NCBI GenBank assembly: GCA_963932905.1
Contig: CAWVRN010000001.1
Location: 320,001-384,000 of the forward strand
Reading direction: 5' to 3'
Length of the DNA: 64,000 nt
Origin: an uncultured Bdellovibrio sp.
GTDB lineage: Bacteria; Bdellovibrionota; Bdellovibrionia; Bdellovibrionales; Bdellovibrionaceae
In this document: positions 10,268-20,838 of the stretch, piece after piece
Layout of the letters: each line of letters opens with the position of its first letter
How positions within the stretch are numbered: position 1 is the stretch's first letter
Notes under the pieces: generated by a model
Database searches by the model: none
What the model was told of the DNA's origin: nothing
Seen by the model: only the letters and a program-made list of their open reading frames with translations
Program-made: the position numbers and the translations under genes

Positions 10268-10962
10268 TACGGAAAGTCGACGTCTTCGGCGAGGCCTTTG
10301 GTGTAAATGGCTTTGAGGATTTCGCATCGGTGCGGAGTTGAATTCGAATCACACGCGGATGCCTGCGCGCGCAGGTAAGCATAGTTCACACGTTGAGCTG
10401 TGTTTGGTCGAATAATGCTTGAGGCCCATAGCAATCCTAAGTTTCCGTGTTGCAGTTTTCTTTCGCCACCGTGACAAGTGACGCAAGTAGAAGACGATGA
10501 TGTCTGTGCCATTTGTGAAATGATTTGATCGGCCGTAACTGTGCCTTCGACAGGAAATGCAAGTTCGCCTTTGTAGCTTTCACTGCTTCCCACAAGTTCA
10601 CCGAATTCTAATAGTGATCTACCCGTGCCGGCCGTGGCGACACTCAGTACTAATTTATTTCGTATAATAAAAATTCGCGGATTCGCATTGTCGACCGCAG
10701 GCTGCGCACTACCAGTGCTGTTCACGGCCATGACCCCTAACGGGGCTTTTAGTGAATTTAAAAAGCAACCTAGTGACAAAGGTCTAGGAAGAGAATTTAT
10801 AAGCGTTACAGTTTCTTCAATTGTTTTCGGCGAACCTAGAGTCTCAGTGACGTCTGTGCAATTCGCACTTGCAGTGCTCTCGTTTTTACTACCGCTGCAA
10901 CGAATAACGAAAAAACTAGTTATCAATAGGACGAGCAGATAATGAACTAAGGACTTTCGCAT
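10264..10962 (-). CDS. putative lipoprotein with a single CxxCH haem-binding motif
   Basis: Lipobox-like VIRC; CVTCHG motif. Confidence 0.65.
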   Translation of the reverse strand: MRKSLVHYLLVLLITSFFVIRCSGSKNESTASANCTDVTETLGSPKTIEETVTLINSLPRPLSLGCFLNSLKAPLGVMAVNSTGSAQPAVDNANPRIFIIRNKLVLSVATAGTGRSLLEFGELVGSSESYKGELAFPVEGTVTADQIISQMAQTSSSSTCVTCHGGERKLQHGNLGLLWASSIIRPNTAQRVNYAYLRAQASACDSNSTPHRCEILKAIYTKGLAEDVDFPY

Positions 10963-11137
10963 ACTTTATTATAGCTTTTTTACACTAGGAATCGATAAAA
11001 TATAGCAATCCCAGCCAAAGGATTTGAATGAAACGAATTATAACAATGATGATTGTTCTATTTCAATACGCTTTAGTATGGTTAGAAGAGTGTCTGAAAT
11101 TTTTTTGCATAATCAAAAAGGAAGGAAATCGAGTACC

Positions 11138-11947
11138 ATGAAAAAAATAAGTTATGTTTTTTTTATTAGTATCTTACTAAGTAATTTTGCCATCGCCGCT
11201 GAATGTTTAACGGACCATCAAATTTGTAGAAAAAGATCTTCAATGATTTATCAACTTGATAAAGTCTTAAGCGAAATTAAGGAAGCGTGTGGACGTGAGC
11301 CAAGCCTTTACATTGATTGGAAATCATTCGAGCCCATTCTTGCTGGCAAAGACACTTATTCCGTTGATTCGTGCACGGCTCCCATCGTGTTTTTTACTGA
11401 ATTATGTAGAGCGAATTTAGAACAAGGGAAAAAACTGCTTAATACTGTAGAAGGATTTGAATGTTCAGCAGCTGGTGTAGACAAGCAAGCAATTGACTTT
11501 AAAAATGGTAATTTGAATTTTGCGATGGACCCAACAAATGATTGGCGCAGTGATCGTAAAGGCCCATCAGTTAGCGATTTCGTAAAAAAAGAAATGAAGG
11601 CGCTATTTAAGGTAAGTGTTTCTAACAAGAAAGAACAAGACGACATTAAACGAACTGACGAAGGAGACAAGCGAAAACAAGCCGAGCAGGCTCGTGATCT
11701 TGAGCGCAAGAAAAAGCAAGACGAAATAAAAGCCACGGTTGAAGCAAATAATGCCAAAATAAAAAAGAAATCTGAAATTTATCAAGCCGAAACCAAGCGC
11801 TTGACCGAATGGCTACAAAAAGAAATTAAGGCTATTCAAGCCAGCGATTTGAAACCAGAAGAGAAAGGTAAAAAGATGACCGAAGCGTCAGAAAAATACC
11901 AAACCGATTTACAAAAGGCAGTTAAAGCTTATAGCGAGGGACAATGA
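11138..11947 (+). CDS. secreted hypothetical protein, Cys-containing N-domain and coiled-coil C-terminus
   Basis: Signal peptide MKKISYVFF...AIA; charged helical tail. Confidence 0.7.
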   Translation: MKKISYVFFISILLSNFAIAAECLTDHQICRKRSSMIYQLDKVLSEIKEACGREPSLYIDWKSFEPILAGKDTYSVDSCTAPIVFFTELCRANLEQGKKLLNTVEGFECSAAGVDKQAIDFKNGNLNFAMDPTNDWRSDRKGPSVSDFVKKEMKALFKVSVSNKKEQDDIKRTDEGDKRKQAEQARDLERKKKQDEIKATVEANNAKIKKKSEIYQAETKRLTEWLQKEIKAIQASDLKPEEKGKKMTEASEKYQTDLQKAVKAYSEGQ

Positions 11948-13125
11948 GAAATTTAACTATACTAATTCTTTCTATTTCGTATCTTGCACACGCAGAATTT
12001 AAAGGCTACGAAGCTTGTTTTTTGGATGATGCGGAAAAAAAACGATGCGAAGTTAAAATGGTGGCCGGAAAAAAAGAAGGCAAAGAAACATGCCGTGCAT
12101 TGGACAATTCCAAAGTGGTATTGCTAGAAGCCCAGTATGCAAATGGTAAGTTAAACGGACCACTAGTATGTCGTGATTTTATGAATCAGGTGTACCTACA
12201 GACAGCCTATGTAGACGACCAATTAAATGGTGAACACAAATCATATTCGAAATCGCGTAGTTGGAAAAACATTAAAGAGGCATGGGCCATATCATTCTAT
12301 GAAAATGGCAAGCAAGTCGGTATGGAATTCTTTGCCGATACAAAAGGAAAAGTCCTGGATATTCTGCCAAATTGTTGGGAAAAAGGTCAGATGAGTTCGT
12401 CGAATCTTGGTTACTGTTTGGGTCTGAAATATGGTGATTATGATTCGGATATTAGAAAATTCTTGCAGGCCGAAGTTAATAAACGTTTCAAAGAAATGAA
12501 TCGAGATATAGAAGACAAATTTAAAAATGGAAAAGTTAAATTCAAAGTAAAAATGGTTAATGGTCAATATGACGGCGAGGCTGTCTGGAACTACGAAAGC
12601 GGTTCGCCTAATACAAAAACACTTTACGCGAAAGGCGTTCCCGTAAAAAGCGAAGAATTTTTTGAAAGTGGTGCTGTACAGGTAACGAAATTTTTTAAAG
12701 ACGGCAAGCTCGAGAAAAAAGAGACATTTTATGAAAATGGCAAGTTGGCCGAAATCGTGAAAGCTACCTATGACAACGGTATTCGCAAAGAACGCATTGA
12801 ACGTTTCAATGATAAAGGTTTTCGTGAAACTGAATATGGCTATACCTATGAATTTAGCGGTTATTGGGGACAAATAGATGGGCCATATCGTACATACGAC
12901 AACAAAGGAAATCTTGATTACGAGGCTTACTTTAAAAACGGGCAACTAGATGGAAAAGTCACTATCAATTCCACTGATCGCAAAGAAGAAGAAACTTGGG
13001 TCAAAGGCAGACGAAAAGAGACAATAGTTTACGATGTGAAAACGGGTAAACCCATCGAGAAAATCGAGTATATGAATGACGGCTCTGAAAAGGGGCGTAC
13101 AAAGCTAAATGGCGTAAAAATTTAG
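11944..13125 (+). CDS. secreted MORN-variant repeat protein (YwqK-like)
   Basis: Repeated Y/F-x-NG-x-L-x-G units; ATGA overlap with the upstream gene. Confidence 0.8.
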   Translation: MRNLTILILSISYLAHAEFKGYEACFLDDAEKKRCEVKMVAGKKEGKETCRALDNSKVVLLEAQYANGKLNGPLVCRDFMNQVYLQTAYVDDQLNGEHKSYSKSRSWKNIKEAWAISFYENGKQVGMEFFADTKGKVLDILPNCWEKGQMSSSNLGYCLGLKYGDYDSDIRKFLQAEVNKRFKEMNRDIEDKFKNGKVKFKVKMVNGQYDGEAVWNYESGSPNTKTLYAKGVPVKSEEFFESGAVQVTKFFKDGKLEKKETFYENGKLAEIVKATYDNGIRKERIERFNDKGFRETEYGYTYEFSGYWGQIDGPYRTYDNKGNLDYEAYFKNGQLDGKVTINSTDRKEEETWVKGRRKETIVYDVKTGKPIEKIEYMNDGSEKGRTKLNGVKI

Positions 13126-13275
13126 CCTACTAAGCTAGACTTGTTGGCGACTTAGTGGCGTATATCCGATGCAGAATTGGGCCCGGTGTTTAGAAAGGCG
13201 ACAGACTTTGTCGCCTTAATCGTAGTTCAGATATGCATGGAATCTGCATAGTAAACTCTTCGTGAGGTTTTACCT

Positions 13276-14271
13276 ATGAAAACAGCCATGGCCGTTGTGT
13301 TTACGACATTCCTATCGATTGCTTGTTTTTCAGCTGAGGCAGACCATTATACCCGGTCAGAGAAAGAGTTAAAAGATTCTGCCGAAATCATCAATGCTAA
13401 AGCCAACGCCTATCTTCAACAGGGCCTGGATAAAATTAACGCTGTAAGCCCATGTGTAGATTCAGAAAAGAGCGAGCAAGCGTTATACAAGGAACTGACC
13501 AATTATTTTGCTAATCACAACCACGGAAAGTTAATTCAAGATATTTTAGAGCGAGATGAAGTCGATAAACGCAGAGTCCTGATTAAGGATTCAATCTATA
13601 GTGCTTGGAATGTAACAGATGGATATCTATTGGGGCGTAAAAAAGCTGGTCAAAGCAAACTAGGATTGATGCCTCTTCTAAGAATCGGTGATCAGTATAT
13701 CGGTGCCGATAAACTTGAACACATGTTCGGTATGGGACTGATCTATCATTCAGGCATTACGTTTAAAGGAAAAACTTTAAAGGATGTTCTAAAGAACGGA
13801 ATTTTACGTGAAAAAACAGCGCTTGGTGGAAACATGGTTGCGACTGGTGTCTTTTCTTATGGCGATCTATCGGCAAATTTCAATGGCATGCGGTTTTGGA
13901 ATCATCTACTTCAAAAACGTGATGATGTTTTAGGTGTTGCCTACAACGTAGGGCCGTATGTTCGTTGTGAAGCTGGCAAATGGAAAACGACTGAGTTTAA
14001 AATTGATTTCAGAAACTATGTTGATGCGTCAATGGATGAATCGATAAACTGTCGTAAGCTAGCTACAAAGGATGGCGTCGAAAAATCTGTTGCGGCAATG
14101 AAAGCTCGTGGATTTAGCGAATGTCCTCGCGATGCTAAATTGCTAGAACAAATGCAAGCAAAGTATAATGTTCTTATGGCCAACGATCCAACGGGATTAA
14201 CGATATCCCATTGGATTATAAATATGAAAGGCCTTGGACAAGTTAATTATTTTGGTGAATTTAAGCAATAG
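13276..14271 (+). CDS. secreted hypothetical protein
   Basis: Signal peptide, RBS GAGG, IGADKLEHMFG motif. Confidence 0.75.
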   Translation: MKTAMAVVFTTFLSIACFSAEADHYTRSEKELKDSAEIINAKANAYLQQGLDKINAVSPCVDSEKSEQALYKELTNYFANHNHGKLIQDILERDEVDKRRVLIKDSIYSAWNVTDGYLLGRKKAGQSKLGLMPLLRIGDQYIGADKLEHMFGMGLIYHSGITFKGKTLKDVLKNGILREKTALGGNMVATGVFSYGDLSANFNGMRFWNHLLQKRDDVLGVAYNVGPYVRCEAGKWKTTEFKIDFRNYVDASMDESINCRKLATKDGVEKSVAAMKARGFSECPRDAKLLEQMQAKYNVLMANDPTGLTISHWIINMKGLGQVNYFGEFKQ

Positions 14272-14291
14272 AGTATGCTAGAACGCCGAAT

Positions 14292-14735
14292 ATGAAAACA
14301 CGACAAGCGTCTGGCGCTGACATAAAATCAGTAGCCGTTTTATTTAATAAGTATCGCGAGTTTTACAAACAAGGATCTAACCTTGAAGGGGCCGAGCAGT
14401 TTCTTTCTGAGCGCTTAGCGAAAAACGAATCTGTGTTGTTTGTGATAGAAGACGGCGAGGCTGGTATTGTTGGATTTACTCAGCTCTACCCGTCTTTTTC
14501 ATCTGTATCGTTAAGACGTCTTTGGATTCTGAACGATTTATTTGTTTCAAATGAATATCGCGGTAAGGGCGCCGCAAAAGCTTTGTTAGATCAAGCAGTA
14601 GAGTTTGCAAAAAGTACGAATGCTCGCGGTTTAACCCTAAAGACCGCGCACGATAATCATGAAGCCCAACGTTTGTATGAGAACCATGGCTGGAAAAAAG
14701 ATGGTCAGTATCTTTCTTACAATCTTATTTTCTAA
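14292..14735 (+). CDS. GNAT N-acetyltransferase
   Basis: GFTQLYPSFSSVS...LNDLFV...RGKGAA motif A. Confidence 0.9.
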   Translation: MKTRQASGADIKSVAVLFNKYREFYKQGSNLEGAEQFLSERLAKNESVLFVIEDGEAGIVGFTQLYPSFSSVSLRRLWILNDLFVSNEYRGKGAAKALLDQAVEFAKSTNARGLTLKTAHDNHEAQRLYENHGWKKDGQYLSYNLIF

Positions 14736-15337
14736 CTATGCAGATTTGAGGGCGCTTTTCCGTGACCATGAATGGTTTCATCGGCAAAGTATTTATACCT
14801 TACGATTTTGAAGTAAAGATCGGTACGATTATTAAATTCTTTGGTGTAAATCGTTTCCAGTTTTATTCGCTGATCGTTCAAGTGATCAAACAGCCGAGTG
14901 CCTTTTCCCGCAATGATATTAACAAGACGAATTTTTAAAGAATCGACGACGCCTGCCTCCAGGGCTATTTGTGCAAGTTTAACCCCGCCGACTATAACGA
15001 CGTTTTTCTTTTTGGCAGCGGATCTGGCCATTTTTATCGCTTGAAAAATTCCCGTGGTAACAAAATTAAATTTCAATTTGTTATTTTGTCCCTTAGTTAC
15101 AAAATGTGTTGGGTTTTCTGTCACGACAAACACCGGCACCTGATACGCGTAGTTCGTAAAGTCATGATTGACGTCATCGTAGTAATCTTGATCCATGATG
15201 ATCGCGCCAGTACTGTTTATCATATCGACCAATGCTTGTGTGCCTTTAAGTTCCTCCACTGGGTACAATGAATCCCCATCGCGATCGATGGAAAATCCAT
15301 CTAGTGACATAGCCATATCAAGTGTAACTTCAGACAT
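14732..15337 (-). CDS. dihydrofolate reductase-like (RibD C-terminal domain) protein
   Basis: MAMSLDGF, IVGG, G.VD.L, I.GKGTRLF. Confidence 0.85.
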   Translation of the reverse strand: MSEVTLDMAMSLDGFSIDRDGDSLYPVEELKGTQALVDMINSTGAIIMDQDYYDDVNHDFTNYAYQVPVFVVTENPTHFVTKGQNNKLKFNFVTTGIFQAIKMARSAAKKKNVVIVGGVKLAQIALEAGVVDSLKIRLVNIIAGKGTRLFDHLNDQRIKLETIYTKEFNNRTDLYFKIVRYKYFADETIHGHGKAPSNLHS

Positions 15338-15490
15338 ACTTTCTCCTTCCTTAAAGAGTTCCTACCTGATCTTAAAATAGAAATGTGGTGAAAGTAGTTT
15401 TTAGCGGTGTGGTTGTTAACTAACAGCCATCAGATATTTGTATAATTACAGACACGAATTTTTGAATCGTGTCCAACGCGGCAGTCGAAA

Positions 15491-16168
15491 TTAAAATTTA
15501 AAATTGGGAATGTCGGACGAATAGGTTTGGTGAGACAGCAGGTTTAACACTTCGTCATCAGTGAGTTGCTCAAAATTTCTGTAGAATTCTCCGACACTTT
15601 GAAAAAATATAGGTGTTTTCATACAAATGACATGATCTATTTCAGAACGCAGTCGTTGAGCTGTGTTGCCGGAACAAATTGGGATAGCCAGAATAATCTT
15701 GGCCGCGCCTTTTGATTTGGCGTAAAGTCCTGCCGCGCGCGCAGTGGCCCCAGTGGCCAAACCGTCGTCTACCAAGATGACTGTCTTATTTTTTAGTTCT
15801 GGAACTGGACGACCTTTTCTATAAACATTGGCTCGACGCTGAACTTCTTCTTTTTCGTGATCTTGAAGGGAGGTAATTTGTTCAAGAGTTATTTTAGAAA
15901 GTCCTACAGCTTCAGGATCCATCCATAAAATTTCGTTTTCAGTCACCGCTCCAATTCCATATTCAGGATGAAATGGATGACCAATTTTCCTAACTATTAG
16001 TACATCAAACGGAATTTCTAGTTTTTTTGAAATTTCACGGGCAACCGGAACACCACCACGAGGCAGAGCCAAGACAATAGCATTAGTTAAATCAGCTTTG
16101 GGAAGCAGACTTATTTGAGCAGCTAGTAAAAGGCCAGCTTCCTGGCGATTTTTAAAAATCTGTTTCAT
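15491..16168 (-). CDS. phosphoribosyltransferase family protein
   Basis: F.NRQEAG..LA, LALPRGGVPVA, VRKIG, VILVDDGLATGAT PRPP loop. Confidence 0.92.
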   Translation of the reverse strand: MKQIFKNRQEAGLLLAAQISLLPKADLTNAIVLALPRGGVPVAREISKKLEIPFDVLIVRKIGHPFHPEYGIGAVTENEILWMDPEAVGLSKITLEQITSLQDHEKEEVQRRANVYRKGRPVPELKNKTVILVDDGLATGATARAAGLYAKSKGAAKIILAIPICSGNTAQRLRSEIDHVICMKTPIFFQSVGEFYRNFEQLTDDEVLNLLSHQTYSSDIPNFKF

Positions 16169-16187
16169 AATACTAGATTATATAGTG

Positions 16188-16203
16188 AGCACATCGTGTG
16201 CCA
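16188..16203 (-). promoter_or_regulatory. sigma54 (-24/-12) promoter of the PRTase gene
   Basis: Minus strand TGGCACACGATGTGCT = GG-N10-GC, 19 nt upstream of ATG 16168. Confidence 0.65.
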
Positions 16204-16416
16204 GCTTCGAATATATTTATTGGAGATCAATAAATAAGGAAGGGAAAATTGGTTCCATTGGTGTTGAGAATTTCCCCAATCCCAACATTACGAGTAGATT
16301 ATTTACTTGGCCACGATGGTAGTTTTGTTTCGCGATCGGGTCTATCAAGGGGAAAATGCGATCATGCCGGACATAATTTTAGAAAAACAAACTAACAATC
16401 ATCCTAATTTTTTTTG

Positions 16417-16854
16417 TTATAAACGAAGCTTCATAAATGCGGCCGACGCTGGACAAATTTCACGAAATTCAGACGTTGCTTTGATGCTATTGGGCGCCGA
16501 TTCTCTAGCTAATTTTTTAAATCCTGCTTTCTCAAAAAATCTTTCTGCTGTTTCTGTTAAAATAAAAACCTGCCGAACCCCGTTTTTTTTAGCTAAGTCC
16601 AAGGCAGCTAAATACATTAGCTTTCCCAAACCATTTGCGCGTTGATTTTCTTTCACAGCAAAAGAGCGCAGTAGCGCATCTGAATTATATATTTCTAGCC
16701 CTACCGCTGCACAAAATTCTTGTTCAATTTCTCCCACCAGAAAATGATCTATATGTTCAGTTAGGCCTTCTGTGGTCAGTTTACAACTAGATAAAAGAGC
16801 TTTTAAATTTGCCAAATCAGAAATTTTCGCAGAACGAATACTTAGGTTTCTCAC
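16417..16854 (-). CDS. GNAT acetyltransferase, ArsN2-like
   Basis: GLEIY..DALLRS.AV, ILTETAERFF, SEF..ICPASA..M. Confidence 0.8.
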   Translation of the reverse strand: MRNLSIRSAKISDLANLKALLSSCKLTTEGLTEHIDHFLVGEIEQEFCAAVGLEIYNSDALLRSFAVKENQRANGLGKLMYLAALDLAKKNGVRQVFILTETAERFFEKAGFKKLARESAPNSIKATSEFREICPASAAFMKLRL

Positions 16855-17600
16855 ACGGCCCTTCCAAAATTATAACCCAAGATAATCTCTAGTAGATTTA
16901 GTAGTATATATCAATCATCATTTAGTAGAGGCATTACCTAAACAAAGATGTCTATTTAAGTGAATTTGATCGCTCAGTCTGATGAAAAAACGGATCGTCG
17001 ATATTCATTTGGTTGTTGTTTAATATGGTAGTAGTTGGCAAATTGAAGCAGATATTCAAATATCTTAAAAAATTTGTGACTTAAAATCCGAAACAACAAT
17101 GAGCATAATGTTAGAAAGAATCGGTGAAACAGCAAAAAATATTTCTGTAGTATTCAAAGCCAATAAAATTCGCTTTAATTAACATGTGCTACATTCAGAA
17201 AGTATCACAAAACCATCGTCGTCGATTAACAAACTTCAAAATTTTCGAGCTTCTTTAACGAGGACGAATTTAAAAGCCGCTCAGAAAATTTGGTCGAAAT
17301 AAATTCAAAAATATTTGTTGAATCACCGTCGGAGAAGGGGGCTTTCTATTCACAGGCTATTCCTATGTCTGTATTTAAATGTAGTAGGGAAGCTGTGGTC
17401 TTGAATTGGAGACTAGGTTATTGAACGTTTCGAGATTTTCAATAAAATAGGTCGAGGTAATTGTTCGAAAAATAGAGGATATGCATTGAAATCAACCAGC
17501 CCCCAGTTTTGAATTGACCTGGCCGCCTTAAAACTATGGGATCTTGTATACGCTTATAATTAAGGCTTAAAATTGTAAAAATTCACTTTAAAGGAATCAT

Positions 17601-18485
17601 ATGATTACGATTCTCGGTATATCAAGAGGAATTAAAGGACAGCTAACTCTAATGGCCAACTTGTCTTTAAGTTCTGGTGATCCTGATGAAATTGAATCGT
17701 TCATAGTCGATTACAACCCGGCTACTAAAAAGTTTAAGAAGATAAAATCATTTCCAGGTTGGTTAACTGGAATGGTGACAGCTCCCACGAGTGAGCTTGT
17801 AATGGTTTCAGCGGATGGCGAATTAGTTTGTTTTCGATCTGGGAAGATTCAAGTCAAAAGTTTAAAACGAAACGCATTTATGAATGGACTCGCTTTATTG
17901 CCTGGTGGAGGCTATTTAGCTTTGGGCGACGATGGATCTGCTTATTTAGGAAAGTCAATTTCTGCCAAGTCGAAAAAATACAGTTTTGGGTCATCATTGT
18001 ACGGAGCCCATTCTTTTTCTGGTAATAAAATAGTTATTGTGGGTGATAATGGTACGGCCGTATATGGATCTGAAAAAAGTTGGTTTCGAATTGATTTGAA
18101 TACAGATAGCTGCCTTTTTTCAGCGATCATGATCGATGAGCATAAGTTTTATATTGGCGGTGTCGAGACGCTTTTTTTAGTTAATATTCAAGATCTTTCG
18201 AAGCAGCCTCGAATTAGAAAAGTTAAACTACCCGATAAACTGACATGCTATGCGATCGAGTATTTTAAAGGAAAACTATTTGTAGGCGCAGGTGAAAATG
18301 GTTTGTGGGCGTGGGATAATATCAAATGGAACCAGGTGTCGAAAGCTCACGTGCACGCTCTGTATAAAGTCGATGATTGGCTTGCAGCCATGGCTAACAA
18401 TACTTTCCTTTATCTTAATAAAGGTAAGTGGATTAAAAGTCAGCTAGATCTGAAAGTGCTTCGAAGAGGCAAAACTCAACAGTAG
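17601..18485 (+). CDS. beta-propeller-like hypothetical protein
   Basis: Repeated short-strand G-D/E-x-G units with W; RBS AAGGA. Confidence 0.65.
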   Translation: MITILGISRGIKGQLTLMANLSLSSGDPDEIESFIVDYNPATKKFKKIKSFPGWLTGMVTAPTSELVMVSADGELVCFRSGKIQVKSLKRNAFMNGLALLPGGGYLALGDDGSAYLGKSISAKSKKYSFGSSLYGAHSFSGNKIVIVGDNGTAVYGSEKSWFRIDLNTDSCLFSAIMIDEHKFYIGGVETLFLVNIQDLSKQPRIRKVKLPDKLTCYAIEYFKGKLFVGAGENGLWAWDNIKWNQVSKAHVHALYKVDDWLAAMANNTFLYLNKGKWIKSQLDLKVLRRGKTQQ

Positions 18486-18537
18486 ATAGGTGTAGTTATT
18501 ATTGACACTCCAATAAAAAAGTATTTGAATTAATCGA

Positions 18538-18567
18538 TGCCATCCAAGTTAGGTGGCTTTTTTTTTG
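18538..18567 (+). terminator. intrinsic terminator
   Basis: GCCATC-caagtta-GGTGGC followed by a T run, downstream of 17601..18485. Confidence 0.6.
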
Positions 18568-18909
18568 GGTCCCCGGTAAATAATTTTTTGCAGGCTTACC
18601 TGGTCCCCTGCAAATTAAATGTATTTAAGGGGATGGAAATTTTGCTGTTCCAAAAAGAGTGATCAAAGTAGCAGATTCAAGCCCCAGTTTATGAAATTGG
18701 CCAAATTTCGTGTCCAAATTGCTGGTCTCGGAATTGGTCAAGAAGGCTAGCGGCGGCTTTAAAAAGCTCTTTACCATGGACAAAAATACATGCGCGAATA
18801 GGATTGGATTTTGTTCAGAATTTATTCGTCGAGCTATGGTCAGACATTTTTGGCTTCAATAATGTGATACAAACTTTGAAATTATTTAAACAGAAAAAGA
18901 GGTTTTAAA

Positions 18910-19623
18910 ATGAAACGATTGATTGTCATATTTTGTCTAGTGTTCGCAGGTTTAACAGCTCATGGCGAGCAGGTAACTTTTGATGTATCAGGATATGCTC
19001 GCGATATAAACTATGCTGCAAGCAGCAGATCAATGGGTAAAAACTGGGTAAAAAAACAGGCAGAAGAAAATCTGAAAAGCAAAGCGAACAGTATTTGTGC
19101 GAGTCTTAAAAGCAAAACTGAAGATATTTATGATATTGATTTAAGTAGAGTGCAAAATGGCCACACTTATGAATACACAGCGAGCGGCAAAGTAAACTGT
19201 AATTTGAGTGCCGTTGGTTCGTGTTCCTTAAAAATTACTGATTCTAATAGTTTAGCAAATTACTCAGTTGGAGTTCAAATCTGTGAAAGCGCTAACTCAG
19301 AAAAGTTACTGGCTTGTTCGAAAGGATTTGTAAATCGACCTGCTCAGCCAATGACGAGAGACGAAGCACTAATTAAATTATTTATAAATTCATCTAATAC
19401 GGTAGGCGCCGAAGCAATCAAAGCGTGCGAAGTTGCAGTCTTAAGACGTGCGGATGTTATCTTTAAAGTACTTTTGCAAACAACTCTTGATGATTCTTAT
19501 GAGCTTTTGAGATTAGCAACAACATCAGTGGACAACCTTGGACTATCTGAAGCGAAAAAAATGATCGCTGATGTTTTAAGAAAAAATGGAGTCGCTGAAA
19601 AATATTTAATTGAATTGTTGTAA
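18910..19623 (+). CDS. secreted hypothetical protein
   Basis: Signal peptide, RBS GAGG. Confidence 0.75.
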   Translation: MKRLIVIFCLVFAGLTAHGEQVTFDVSGYARDINYAASSRSMGKNWVKKQAEENLKSKANSICASLKSKTEDIYDIDLSRVQNGHTYEYTASGKVNCNLSAVGSCSLKITDSNSLANYSVGVQICESANSEKLLACSKGFVNRPAQPMTRDEALIKLFINSSNTVGAEAIKACEVAVLRRADVIFKVLLQTTLDDSYELLRLATTSVDNLGLSEAKKMIADVLRKNGVAEKYLIELL

Positions 19624-20092
19624 AAATTTATTTGCTCTTGAAAGTCGCTGATATTTGGTAGCTTTTTCAAGTGAACCAAATTTGCGAATCTCATAAAGTT
19701 GGAAACGCTAACCTCTTTTGCAGATGAGAGTTTATATAGAGACAATCGTAGAACTCTGATGCAAGATAAAATCTACTCGGTGTCGGAAGTCAATTGTTGT
19801 TCAAAACCCACCGTTGTTGGTGAGTTATATTCTGAAATTTTAAAAAAGATTTACATAGTAGCAATACTGACAAATTTCTATTCAAATTGCCCGACCCTGC
19901 TTAAAACCGGAGAGACCACATTGTGTGATTAATTCTGTCACTTTGTATAAAGTTGAGACATGAGTTTTCCATACGTTCAGATTAAACCACACTCTATAAT
20001 GAGTCCTAAATTGCATTTCCATAACTTGTAGATTCACTCAGTTTGAAAATTGGGAAATTAATCCCCAAACTTTGAGCATTATCGGGAACCCT

Positions 20093-20581
20093 ATGAAAAA
20101 AAATATTATAATAGTATTTCTTCTTCCAATGGTATTGTTGGCAGACCCACAAGTGCAAGAACAAGCAACGATGATAGCGTCTTGCCGGGGAAAAACATTA
20201 AATATCTATTGCTATGACACTCCTGATTGTGGGGACGCCATTTTACTAAAACAACTTGCAATCACTCCTTTTAAAGAGGGTGGCATGCAGGTCCTGCCTC
20301 TTAATAGAGTTCTAGATTCTTTTGAAAGACGTTATAAAGCCCGTTATCAAGGAGCGTCACCGAAAAGTTTTGAAATTCCTAGAGCCACACCTCCAACAGT
20401 GGTCTATTACAATAAAGCGGACCTTGCTTGTGCAAACGCCATCGCCAAGGCGGCTTCCATGGTGTCAGAGGAATATCAAATACCATCTACAGGCCGAGTT
20501 TCTTTACCTGTAGTTCAAGCAAGCAAAAATTTAACACCTATGGCTGGGCATATCGAGCTCTGGTGGTCGAATGCAAAATAA
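20093..20581 (+). CDS. secreted hypothetical protein
   Basis: Signal-like N-terminus MKKNIIIVFLLP. Confidence 0.6.
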   Translation: MKKNIIIVFLLPMVLLADPQVQEQATMIASCRGKTLNIYCYDTPDCGDAILLKQLAITPFKEGGMQVLPLNRVLDSFERRYKARYQGASPKSFEIPRATPPTVVYYNKADLACANAIAKAASMVSEEYQIPSTGRVSLPVVQASKNLTPMAGHIELWWSNAK

Positions 20582-20838
20582 CCTCAAAAGCTTCACTGGC
20601 AATACTCGCATCAATTTGAACTTTGAATAATTCTTCGGTCCTCGGGATTCTAACTTTAGATCGTCCTGCAGAAAATACGGCGGTATTTTTTTAACGCTTA
20701 GTTTTCGTTTTGAAATCGCATAAACTCTATAATGGAAAAACCAGAATAGTTATCTTCTCGAGGGGAACCATTAAGAAGAGAACCCTGTGCATTCGTTTAA
20801 CGATGTGTCAACTAAACCGGGGCGATGGGATCACAATA

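Noticed and set aside
16940..17400. Possible decayed gene upstream of 17601
   Set aside because: Only short broken frames with no recognisable motif.
17497..18703. Loose direct repeat AGCCCC(C)AGTTT..GAA.TTG flanking the 17601 gene
   Set aside because: Short and gapped; cannot be distinguished from chance by eye.
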